From contig DATJNQ010000008.1 in the NCBI GenBank assembly GCA_035507895.1, positions 54,619-118,618 on the forward strand: a stretch of 64,000 bases of DNA. Direction: 5' to 3'. Below the pieces are notes generated by a model. The model saw only the letters and a program-made list of their open reading frames with translations. It did no database searches and was not told the DNA's origin. Below are positions 40,688-49,954 of the stretch, piece after piece (position 1 is the first letter of the stretch; each line of letters opens with the position of its first letter). Origin of the DNA: Solirubrobacteraceae bacterium. GTDB lineage: Bacteria; Actinomycetota; Thermoleophilia; Solirubrobacterales; Solirubrobacteraceae. The position numbers and the translations under genes were made by a program.

Positions 40688-41307
40688 CAGATCGACGCGA
40701 TCTTGGTCATGATCACGAGCGTCGCGACCTGCATCGCGCCGGTGATCGCCGCGCAGTAGATGAAGCGCTTCATGAGGCGCTCGACGATCGCGGGGTTCGG
40801 CTGCTCCTTCTTCAGCTCGGTCAGCACGGCGACGTTCGCGGGCTCGAGCAGGCCGAGGGCGATCACGGACATGACGGCGACGACGATGAAGGACGCGACG
40901 ACCCAGCCGTGCGCCGGGTTGCCGCTGTCGAGCGTGCCGGTCTTCGCCGCGAGCTGCCAGCCGGCGGCGAGCGTCCCGGCGACGACGGTGGGCATGATGA
41001 CGACCATCTTCGGCATCAGCCGCGTCGTGAATTCGACGCGTGCGGGGATCGCAAGGCTGCCGATGATGGGCCCGAGCACGAAGCCGAGGAAGAGGTCCAC
41101 GATGGTCCACGCTGCGCCGGAGACAACGTGCATGAACTCGAGCGGCCAGAGCTTGTCGGACGCGATCGCGGCGACGAGCAGCACGCCCCAAACGGCCGGG
41201 AAGATGAGACCGCGGCGCGGGACTATCTGGAAGTCGAGCCGGGCCGGTGGCCCGGCCGCCGGTGCCCCGCCGGCGTGCGGTATCGCGACCTCTGCCACGG
41301 CGCGCAA
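40687..41307 (-). CDS. Membrane protein with a His in a TM helix (DUF2269/CopD-like fold suspected)
   Basis: Five hydrophobic segments; FMHVVSGAAW resembles the H...aW.G helix of that superfamily. Confidence 0.6.
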   Translation of the reverse strand: MRAVAEVAIPHAGGAPAAGPPARLDFQIVPRRGLIFPAVWGVLLVAAIASDKLWPLEFMHVVSGAAWTIVDLFLGFVLGPIIGSLAIPARVEFTTRLMPKMVVIMPTVVAGTLAAGWQLAAKTGTLDSGNPAHGWVVASFIVVAVMSVIALGLLEPANVAVLTELKKEQPNPAIVERLMKRFIYCAAITGAMQVATLVIMTKIASI

Positions 41308-41340
41308 ACTAGCGCATCGCGGGTGGCTGTGTCGCGGGGC

Positions 41341-41664
41341 TCAGCGCGCCGCTGCCGCCCGGCTGCGCCGGGGCAGGTCGGCGCGAAGCCAGGCTGCGGC
41401 GCCGACGAAGATCGCGGCGGCAACGACGGCCGGCCAGGCGCCGGTGAGCAGCGCTAGTAGATGGCTGAGCGCGAACGCGCCGAGGCCGGCCGCGCCGAGT
41501 GCCAGGGCCGTCCTGCGGTCACGGCGGCGGTCCCACTCGCGCAGGCACCACAGGCCGCCGGCGGCGAGCACCACGCCGCCGAGGGCGCGCGAGCCGGTCG
41601 CTTCGACCACCGCCCAGGAGGCGACGAACGTGCCGGCGGCGACGGGGGCGGTCGGCATTGCCAT
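41341..41664 (-). CDS. Small membrane protein
   Basis: MAMPTAPVAAGTFVASW...; 3-4 TM helices. Confidence 0.6.
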   Translation of the reverse strand: MAMPTAPVAAGTFVASWAVVEATGSRALGGVVLAAGGLWCLREWDRRRDRRTALALGAAGLGAFALSHLLALLTGAWPAVVAAAIFVGAAAWLRADLPRRSRAAAAR

Positions 41665-41784
41665 GGCGTCAGCGTACCGCCGTGAAAGCCGCAACCTTCA
41701 TGCGGGCGAATACGGATGAGGTCGTCGGCTGCGCGACGTAGGGTCCGCGGCGACATGCACACGACCTCGGGGGCAGAGGGCTAG

Positions 41785-41967
41785 ATGCGTTCACCACTCG
41801 CTGCGGTGTTCGACCTGAATCACGCGCCGCACATCGTCCACTGGCACGTGATCAGCGTTCCGTTGCCGAACGTGATCGTCGTGATCCTGATGTTCGTCGT
41901 CTTCTTCGCCGCGATCCTCCTGCCGTTCCCGGGCGCGGCGGCGCGCAAGAGAGCGAGGCGCGGATGA
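41785..41967 (+). CDS. Small single-TM protein coupled to the cytochrome b gene
   Basis: 60 aa with His-rich N-terminus (HAPHIVHWH), one TM helix and a basic tail; ATGA overlap with the next gene. Confidence 0.65.
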   Translation: MRSPLAAVFDLNHAPHIVHWHVISVPLPNVIVVILMFVVFFAAILLPFPGAAARKRARRG

Positions 41968-42665
41968 CCACGAGCGACACGACGCCCGTAGCGCAGGAGC
42001 CGCCCGCGGGCACGCACGCGCACGGCCGCTCCTGGACCGTCGCGCTGCGCGAACGCCTCGTCCGCGAGCTCCCGCCCGAGCGGCTGCTCCCGGACGGGCA
42101 GCCGACGTACGTCGCGTCGTGGATCTACGTCTTCGGCGTCGCGAGCATCGCGGCGCTGATCACGATCATCCTCTCCGGCACGATCCTCGCCCTCAAGGGG
42201 CCGGCCTGGTGGCACGAGACTTCGGTCGGCCACTTCTTCAACTCGATCCACCTCTGGGCGGTCGAGATCTTCTTCTTCGTGATGGTCGTCCACCTGTGGG
42301 GCAAGTACTGGATGGCCGCGTGGCGCGGAGGCCGGGTCCGCGTCTGGGTTACGGGGGCCATCGTGTTCCTGGTCGCGGTGCCTACGGCGCTCACGGGCTA
42401 CGTCTCGCAGCAGAACTTCGACGCGCAGTGGATCTCGACCCAGGCGAAGGACGCGATGAACGCGGTCGGCGTCGGCGCGTTCTTCAACGTCATGAACTTC
42501 GGCCAGATGTACAGCTGGCACATCCTGATCTTCCCCATCGCCGTCGTCGCGATCGTCGCCGGGCACGTGCTGCTCGTGCGCCGCAACGGTGTAGTGCCGC
42601 CGATCGAACTCGGCGAGCGCCTCGCGAAGGCGACCGGCGGCGAGGACGACGGGGTGCGCCGATGA
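41964..42665 (+). CDS. Cytochrome b N-terminal (b6/PetB-like) di-heme membrane protein
   Basis: SGTILA, SIHLW...VVHLWGK, TGY, and WHILIFP...GHVLLVRR give four heme-ligand His. Confidence 0.88.
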   Translation: MTTSDTTPVAQEPPAGTHAHGRSWTVALRERLVRELPPERLLPDGQPTYVASWIYVFGVASIAALITIILSGTILALKGPAWWHETSVGHFFNSIHLWAVEIFFFVMVVHLWGKYWMAAWRGGRVRVWVTGAIVFLVAVPTALTGYVSQQNFDAQWISTQAKDAMNAVGVGAFFNVMNFGQMYSWHILIFPIAVVAIVAGHVLLVRRNGVVPPIELGERLAKATGGEDDGVRR

Positions 42666-43672
42666 GCTCGCTGGCGGCGCGCATCCGCGGCCGGGACGAC
42701 ACCGGCCCGTGGAAGGGCGCCTACCAGCCTTACGACCTCGTGAAAGAGCTGTTCATCGCGTTCCTGGTCATCGCGGGGCTCGCGGTGGTGCTCACGATCC
42801 TCTTCTCCTCGCCCGACGACCCGCCCAGCACGATCGCCGAATGGTCCCACAGCCTGCCCGTCAACTTCGCCGCCACCGGCGCCCAGGAGCTCGCGGGAAC
42901 CAGCGAAACGGCCGAATACGGGCCGCCGTACAACCACAACGCCGAAGGCCAGCACGCCGGCCCGCTGTATCTCGCGAAATGGTTCGGTGTCAGCCACCCG
43001 ATCGAAACGGCGAACGACATGGTCATCGCGCCGCTGAGCCGCGTGCCCGAGCCGGCGGATGTCACGGCGGCGCTCGCGGCGTGGAAGGCGGCCCCGGAAG
43101 CGACGCGTCGGGCGTGGGCCAAGAACTACGCGGAAGCGCTCGCCAAGGTCGAAGAAAAGGGCGGCACGGTCGCGAGCGCCGGCGCCGGCGACTACGGCCC
43201 CGTGCCGGCGATCATCGGCGGCCTCGCCGCGCTGGCGCAGAGCGGTGGCCTGGAAGGCGCGCTGCTCACCACCAAGCGCTTCTACAACAACGACTACACG
43301 CTGCCGCTGCTGTTCCTCGCCAACGGAGCCCTGCTCAACGAACGCGCCGAAGGGCTCCATCTCGGCGGCGACGAATGGGGCATGATGAACGAGACCGGGA
43401 GCTACCCCGGGCAGGTCTGGCTCTGGCTTTACACGTTCTGGTACCAGATCGAACCGTTCAAGGCGTCGGAAAATGCGGACGTCCTCGTGATGCTGATCAT
43501 GGCCGTGCTCAGCCTCGCGTTCATCTGCATACCGCTGATCCCGGGCGTGCGTGACGTCCCCCGCTGGATCCCCCTCTACAAGGTGATCTGGCGCGAGCAC
43601 TACCGGGGACGAACAGCTTCGCGCCGGCCCCTAGGCCGGCCCGGGGACAAGGACGGCTGCCGGGCTCCGTGA
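42662..43672 (+). CDS. Cytochrome b C-terminal/subunit-IV-like protein with a large extracytoplasmic insertion
   Basis: ATGA-coupled. PYDLVKE followed by a TM helix, about 200 soluble aa, then PGQVWLWLYTFWYQ and a TM helix; no CxxCH. Confidence 0.65.
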   Translation: MSSLAARIRGRDDTGPWKGAYQPYDLVKELFIAFLVIAGLAVVLTILFSSPDDPPSTIAEWSHSLPVNFAATGAQELAGTSETAEYGPPYNHNAEGQHAGPLYLAKWFGVSHPIETANDMVIAPLSRVPEPADVTAALAAWKAAPEATRRAWAKNYAEALAKVEEKGGTVASAGAGDYGPVPAIIGGLAALAQSGGLEGALLTTKRFYNNDYTLPLLFLANGALLNERAEGLHLGGDEWGMMNETGSYPGQVWLWLYTFWYQIEPFKASENADVLVMLIMAVLSLAFICIPLIPGVRDVPRWIPLYKVIWREHYRGRTASRRPLGRPGDKDGCRAP

Positions 43673-43704
43673 CATGCCCCTCACGTCCGGCGCCCGGCAG
43701 CCCG

Positions 43705-44382
43705 TCATGTGCCGATCATGCCGTGCTCCAGCGCGTACGCGACGAGATCGGCGCGCGTGGAGAGGCGAAGCTTGCTCTGGATGTGGGCGCGGTGCGTCTC
43801 GACCGTGCGCACGGACAGGAAGAGCTGCGCGGCGATCTCCGCGTTCGTGTGCCCGAGCGCGATGAGGCGCAGCACGTCGAGCTCGCGCTCGGAGAGCCCG
43901 TCCGGCGGACCGGCCGCCGGTTCGGCTGCGATGCGCGCGCCGAGGCGCGGCGTGAGGTACTGGTCGCCGGCCGCGGCGCGACGGACCGCTTCGACGAGGT
44001 CCTCGTCGGCGGCCTCCTTCAGGACGTAGCCGATCGCGCCGCTGGAGAGCGCCTCGCGCGCGAAGCCGGGGTCGTCCTGCATCGTCAGCACGACGATGCG
44101 CGTGTCGGGCGCCTCGGCGGTGATCTCCGCGATCGCCTCGAGACCCGAGCCGCCGGGCATGTTGAGGTCGAGGACGAGCACGTCGGGGTGGTGGCCGCGG
44201 ACGTAGCGCTTCGCGGCTTCCGTATCGCCCGCCTCCGCGACGACCTCCAGGTCGGCTTCGCTCTCGAGCACCATGCGCAGGCCGCTGCGCACGACCGAGT
44301 GGTCGTCCGCGAGCACGATGCGGATGGGCGTCGACGTCGGTCCGCCGGCTGGGGCGTCGTCGGGCACGGCGCCGTGCGTCAC
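43705..44382 (-). CDS. NarL/LuxR-family response regulator
   Basis: LADDH, VLDLNMP, GYVLK and LSERELDVLRLIALGHTNAEIA...TVETHR motifs; GTGA overlap with the USP stop. Confidence 0.93.
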   Translation of the reverse strand: MTHGAVPDDAPAGGPTSTPIRIVLADDHSVVRSGLRMVLESEADLEVVAEAGDTEAAKRYVRGHHPDVLVLDLNMPGGSGLEAIAEITAEAPDTRIVVLTMQDDPGFAREALSSGAIGYVLKEAADEDLVEAVRRAAAGDQYLTPRLGARIAAEPAAGPPDGLSERELDVLRLIALGHTNAEIAAQLFLSVRTVETHRAHIQSKLRLSTRADLVAYALEHGMIGT

Positions 44383-45224
44383 CCGCCGCCGGCGTGCCGT
44401 GGCAGCACGAGGAGCGGGCAGCGGGAGTTGCGCTGCAGGTACTCGGAGGTGCTGCCGACCACCAGGCGCCTGACCGGGCCGTAGCCGCGGGAGCCGACGA
44501 CGAGCAGGTCGAGCTCGTCGCCGAATGCCGCTAGCTGCTCGCCGGCCAGGCCGAATTCGGCGCGTCCTTCGACGCCTTCGAGCGATTCGACGTCCTTGCG
44601 GGCGACGTCGAGCACCGCGTCGATTCCCGTGCCGGTGTCGGCGGCCCCGATCTCCGTGTACGCGTACGCGGGCACGGCTACGACCTCGAGCGCGACGACC
44701 TTGGCTCCTTTTTCGGCGGCTATCTCGCGCGCCGCGGCGAGCGCCGCCAGCGACTCGTCTGATCCGTTGTAGGCGACTCCGACCACACCCTTGCGCTCGC
44801 CCGCGGACGCGTAGCCGCGGCTCGCGACGGCGACGGCGCAGGGCGCCCCGTTCAGCGCGGAGCGCGCGTTGTCGCCCATAAAGACGCGGCCCAGGGTGCC
44901 GCGGTGGCACGAGCCGACGATGATCAGGTCGACGCCGTTCTCCTCGGCGTAGCCGTGCAGGCCCTCGCCGGGACTCGGTGCGGCGACGGAGGCGAGCTCG
45001 GCCTCGATCCCGGTCTCCTGCTGTTCGCGTTCCAGAAGCGCGGCGGACCGCGCGTCCTCTTCCGCGACGGCACCCGGTTCGACCGCGTGACGGGGGTTCG
45101 TCGTGCCGGCGTGGACGTTGGCGAGCGTGATCGTCGAGCCGGGCGCGGCCAGCGCGCGCGCGAGGGCGATCGCGTCGCGACTGTGCTCACTGCCGTCTAC
45201 GCCTACGAGGATCTTCTTGAACAT
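44379..45224 (-). CDS. Tandem-domain universal stress protein
   Basis: ILVGVDGSEHS, LIIVGS...G, VAYNGS and LLVVGSRGYG motifs. Confidence 0.92.
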   Translation of the reverse strand: MFKKILVGVDGSEHSRDAIALARALAAPGSTITLANVHAGTTNPRHAVEPGAVAEEDARSAALLEREQQETGIEAELASVAAPSPGEGLHGYAEENGVDLIIVGSCHRGTLGRVFMGDNARSALNGAPCAVAVASRGYASAGERKGVVGVAYNGSDESLAALAAAREIAAEKGAKVVALEVVAVPAYAYTEIGAADTGTGIDAVLDVARKDVESLEGVEGRAEFGLAGEQLAAFGDELDLLVVGSRGYGPVRRLVVGSTSEYLQRNSRCPLLVLPRHAGGG

Positions 45225-45355
45225 TGGTCGCCGCCCTCTCGCGGCAGGCGCGATGCTACACGCGCGGTCGCCCGGCGCCGGTAGGTACTTGCCCGCAACT
45301 TTCAGCGTAGTCACCCCGCGCGCGCCGGCGGACGGGCGGCGCGAGACTTCGATCC

Positions 45356-45805
45356 ATGCCGTTCGCGAGCGCCAGCGGCGGGAGGGCGCCGGCCAAGCCG
45401 CGGGACGCGGTGCGTGTCCTGCTCGCGAACGAGCACGAGTTCATGCGCTCGGCCCTGCGCGCCCTGCTGCTCCACCACGGCGACCTGACGGTCGTCGGCG
45501 AGTGGCGCGGCCGCGGCGTGCTCGCGCGGGCCGTCGGCGATCGCGGGGCGGACGTCGTCGTGATGGACCACCCCGTGGGCACGGGCCGCGGGACGAGCGA
45601 CATCTCGGCTGTCGCACACGCCGGCACCGCGGTTGTCGTCACGTCGTTCGAACGTTCGCGCGCGTTCGCCCAGCGCCTGTTCGATGCCGGCGCGATCGGC
45701 TACGTGCTTACGGACCGCGCGGACGACGAGCTCGCGATGGCACTGCGGAACGCGGCGAGTGGCGTGCGCTACCTCAGTCCCGCGGTCGCCGGGCGGCCGG
45801 CCTGA
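45356..45805 (+). CDS. Stand-alone degenerate (pseudo-)receiver domain protein
   Basis: NarL-like receiver with DD changed to NE and the conserved Lys changed to Thr (GYVLTD); ends at YLSP with no HTH. Confidence 0.65.
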   Translation: MPFASASGGRAPAKPRDAVRVLLANEHEFMRSALRALLLHHGDLTVVGEWRGRGVLARAVGDRGADVVVMDHPVGTGRGTSDISAVAHAGTAVVVTSFERSRAFAQRLFDAGAIGYVLTDRADDELAMALRNAASGVRYLSPAVAGRPA

Positions 45806-45898
45806 CCGGCAAGCCTCCCTCGCAGCATCCGTTCGCCGGCCGTGGCAAGCTGTGGCCGCGCGGTGACGAAGTCCGAGAAGGGCGCCCGCGACCTGAGC

Positions 45899-47035
45899 AT
45901 GTCCGACACGTCCGACCCAAGCCCGCTGCGAGTCCTGATCGTGGGGGGCGGAATCGCCGCGCTCGAGGCGGCGCTCGCCCTCGACGAGCTCGCGGGCGAG
46001 CTCACGGAGCGCACCGTCGTCGCCCCCAACGACGAGTTCGTGCTGCGCGCGTGGAGCGTGCGCGAGCCGTTCTCGGAGCCGGCGGCGAACCGCTGGCCGC
46101 TGGACGACATACTCGCCGCGGCGAACGCACGACGCGTCGTCGACGAACTCGAGTCGGTCGACGCGACCGGGCGTTCGGTGCTTCTGCGCTCCGGCACGAC
46201 GCTCGATTACGACGCGCTGATCCTCGCTGTCGGTGCGCGCCCCGTGGCCCGCTACGAGCACGCGGCGACGATCGACGACGCGTCTATGTACGCGACGCTC
46301 GGCGGGCTCGTCCGCGACGTCGAGGAGGGCTATGTCGATAGCGTCGCGTTCGTCTCGCCGCCGCGCATCGCGTGGCCGCTGCCGCTGTACGAGCTCGCGC
46401 TGCTGACCGCGGCGCGCGCATACGAGATGGGCGCCGAGGTCAGGCCCTCGATCGTCACACCTGAGGAGGCGCCGCTCGCGATCTTCGGGCGCGAGAGCTC
46501 CGAGGTCGTGCGTGGCCTGCTCGCCGACGCCGGCATCGAGGTGATCTGCTCGGCGTACGCCGAGGTGCCCCGCAGCGGCGAGGTCGTCGTGAGTCCCGGG
46601 GAACGCGTCCTGCACGCGGCCCGGATCGTCGCGCTCCCCGAACTCATGGGGCCTTCGATCGCGGGTCTGCCCGAAGCGGCGAACGGCTTCCTGAAGATCG
46701 ATCAGCATGCGCGCGTCCCTGAAACGGAGGGCGTGTATGCGGCCGGGGATGCCGTCGACTTCGCCGTCAAGCACGGCGCGGTCGGCGCCCAGCAGGCCGA
46801 CGCCGCCGCTGAAGACGTCGCCGCCCTCGCCGGGGCGGCGATCGAGCCGCAGGCGTTTCGGCCCGTGATCAGCGGCATGCTGCTGACGGGCGGACACCCG
46901 CTCTTCATGGAGGCGGACATCGCCGGCGGCAGCGGCAGCGCGCCCGCGGCGTACCGGGCGCCGGCAGCCGAGTCGGGCAAGCTCGTGACGCGCTTCCTGA
47001 CACCGGCGCTCGAGCGGCTGTCGGCAACACGCTGA
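45899..47035 (+). CDS. FAD-dependent pyridine nucleotide-disulfide/SQR-like flavoprotein
   Basis: GGGIAALEAA, YDALILAVGA, WPLPLYE and VYAAGD motifs. Confidence 0.85.
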   Translation: MSDTSDPSPLRVLIVGGGIAALEAALALDELAGELTERTVVAPNDEFVLRAWSVREPFSEPAANRWPLDDILAAANARRVVDELESVDATGRSVLLRSGTTLDYDALILAVGARPVARYEHAATIDDASMYATLGGLVRDVEEGYVDSVAFVSPPRIAWPLPLYELALLTAARAYEMGAEVRPSIVTPEEAPLAIFGRESSEVVRGLLADAGIEVICSAYAEVPRSGEVVVSPGERVLHAARIVALPELMGPSIAGLPEAANGFLKIDQHARVPETEGVYAAGDAVDFAVKHGAVGAQQADAAAEDVAALAGAAIEPQAFRPVISGMLLTGGHPLFMEADIAGGSGSAPAAYRAPAAESGKLVTRFLTPALERLSATR

Positions 47036-47050
47036 CGGACCCACAACGAC

Positions 47051-47084
47051 GACGGGACCCGCGCCCGGGCCCCGTCGACCTTTT
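47051..47084 (+). terminator. Rho-independent terminator
   Basis: gacggg-a-ccc...ggg-c-cccgtc hairpin followed by TTTT. Confidence 0.55.
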
Positions 47085-47236
47085 CTAGCGGGGCAACCTG
47101 ACACGGAACAGGGGCCCCCGTCGCTCGCGGCATCTCGCGACGACCTCGGCGCGCACCCTAACCCGCGTGCGAACGCTTTGTCAACAGGCTGTCGAGTTCG
47201 TTGCAGTTACTTCATGCGGACTGGTAAAATAGTTTC

Positions 47237-47248
47237 TTGGCATGTCAA
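47237..47248. promoter_or_regulatory. Candidate MntR/DtxR-family operator TTGGCATGTCAA
   Basis: Near-perfect palindrome (one mismatched pair) in an AT-rich patch, 16 nt upstream of the mntR ATG. Confidence 0.5.
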
Positions 47249-47264
47249 AATATTTCTCAAGAGC

Positions 47265-47938
47265 ATGAACAACTCGATATCCCCGCACGTTCAGGACTAC
47301 GCGAAGGCGGTGTACGCGCTCGAGTCGCGCGCGGGCGGGGCCGTTTCGACGAACGATCTCGCTGACCGCCTGGGGGTCACGCCGGGCTCGGTCTCGGCGA
47401 TGGTCCGCAAGCTCGCAGACCTCGGGCTAGTCGAGCACGAGCCCTACCACGGCGTCAAGCTCACCGAGCGCGGACGCGAGATCGCCCTGGAGGTGATCCG
47501 CCACCACAGGCTGCTCGAGCTGTTCCTCGCGCAGGAGCTCGGCATGCCCTGGGACCGCGTCCACGCCGAGGCCGAGGTGCTCGAGCACGTCATCTCCGAG
47601 GAACTCGAGCAGCTGATCGCCGCGCGCCTCGGGCACCCGACGCTCGACCCGCACGGCGACCCGATCCCGACGCTCTCGTTCGAGATCGACGAGGGCAACA
47701 CGCGCAGCCTCGACGAACTCGCTCCCGGCACCGTGGGGCGCTTCGTGCGCGTCTCCGACGCCGACCCCGAGATGCTCCGCTACCTCGACGGTGAGGGCGT
47801 GACGCTCGGCGACCGTCTTCGCGTCATCGGCCGCCAGCCGTTCGGCGGCCCGGTCTTCGTCCGTATCGCGCAGCGCGAGCTCGCGCTCGGCGGCGAGCTC
47901 TCCCGCGCGATGCGCGTGGAGATCGAGGGTGAAGCCGA

Positions 47939-47942
<4 letters not shown>
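47265..47942 (+). CDS. mntR: DtxR/MntR-family metal-dependent regulator with FeoA domain
   Basis: QDYAKAVY, RHHRLLELFL, EAEVLEH, DPHGDPIP and RVSDADPEMLRYL motifs. Confidence 0.92.
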
Positions 47943-49264
<1,322 letters not shown>

Positions 49265-49310
49265 CCCCGCGCCGCGCTGCGCGCTGCGCGGCACTAGGCT
49301 CGCCCCTGCG

Positions 49311-49790
49311 ATGGGCATCTCCCCCTATCTGAGGCGCCTTCGCGAACGTGTCGGCCACGACCTGGTGCTGATGCCCGCGGTGGCCGTGCTGATCTGGGAC
49401 GAGGAGGGCCGCGTCGTGCTCGTGCGTGCCGCTGACAGCGGCCTCTGGCAGACCGTCGGCGGTTCGGTCGAGCCGGACGAGGACCCGCTGGTCGCGGCGG
49501 TGCGCGAGGCACGCGAGGAGGCCGGCGTCGACGTCGCGATCGACGGCGTCCGCGCGGTGCTCGGCGGACCCGAATACCGCCTCACGTACCCGAACGGCGA
49601 CATCGTGAGCTACGTCTCGACGGTGTTCGACGCCCACGTCGTCGGCGGCGTGCCCGCGCCGGACGGCGACGAGACGCTCGACGCTTCGTGGTTCGCGCTC
49701 GGCGAGCTCGAGGCGAGCGCGCTCACGCCGTTCACGGTCGCCCTGCTGCGCGACGCGCTCGGCGCGGGCCTCTTCCCGGCCGCGGGCTAG
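49311..49790 (+). CDS. NUDIX hydrolase
   Basis: Nudix box GGSVEPDEDPLVAAVREAREEAG. Confidence 0.92.
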   Translation: MGISPYLRRLRERVGHDLVLMPAVAVLIWDEEGRVVLVRAADSGLWQTVGGSVEPDEDPLVAAVREAREEAGVDVAIDGVRAVLGGPEYRLTYPNGDIVSYVSTVFDAHVVGGVPAPDGDETLDASWFALGELEASALTPFTVALLRDALGAGLFPAAG

Positions 49791-49954
49791 CGGGCAGATC
49801 CTCGAGGCGTCGACAGCTCACCTAACGCGCCGCCAAGGAGGCGGTCGAGGGTACAGCGCGTAGGCGAGCTGTCAACGTCAGCCTGGCACTGCCTTCCACC
49901 GTACTCCGATGCGGCGGTGGATGTCGCGCCGCGGAGCGCGTCCGCCGGGGCGCG

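Noticed and set aside
47085-47160. Riboswitch-like stretch (CTAGCGGGGCAACC...) upstream of mntR
   Set aside because: Lacks the conserved yybP-ykoY or c-di-GMP-I cores; an Rfam search would be needed.
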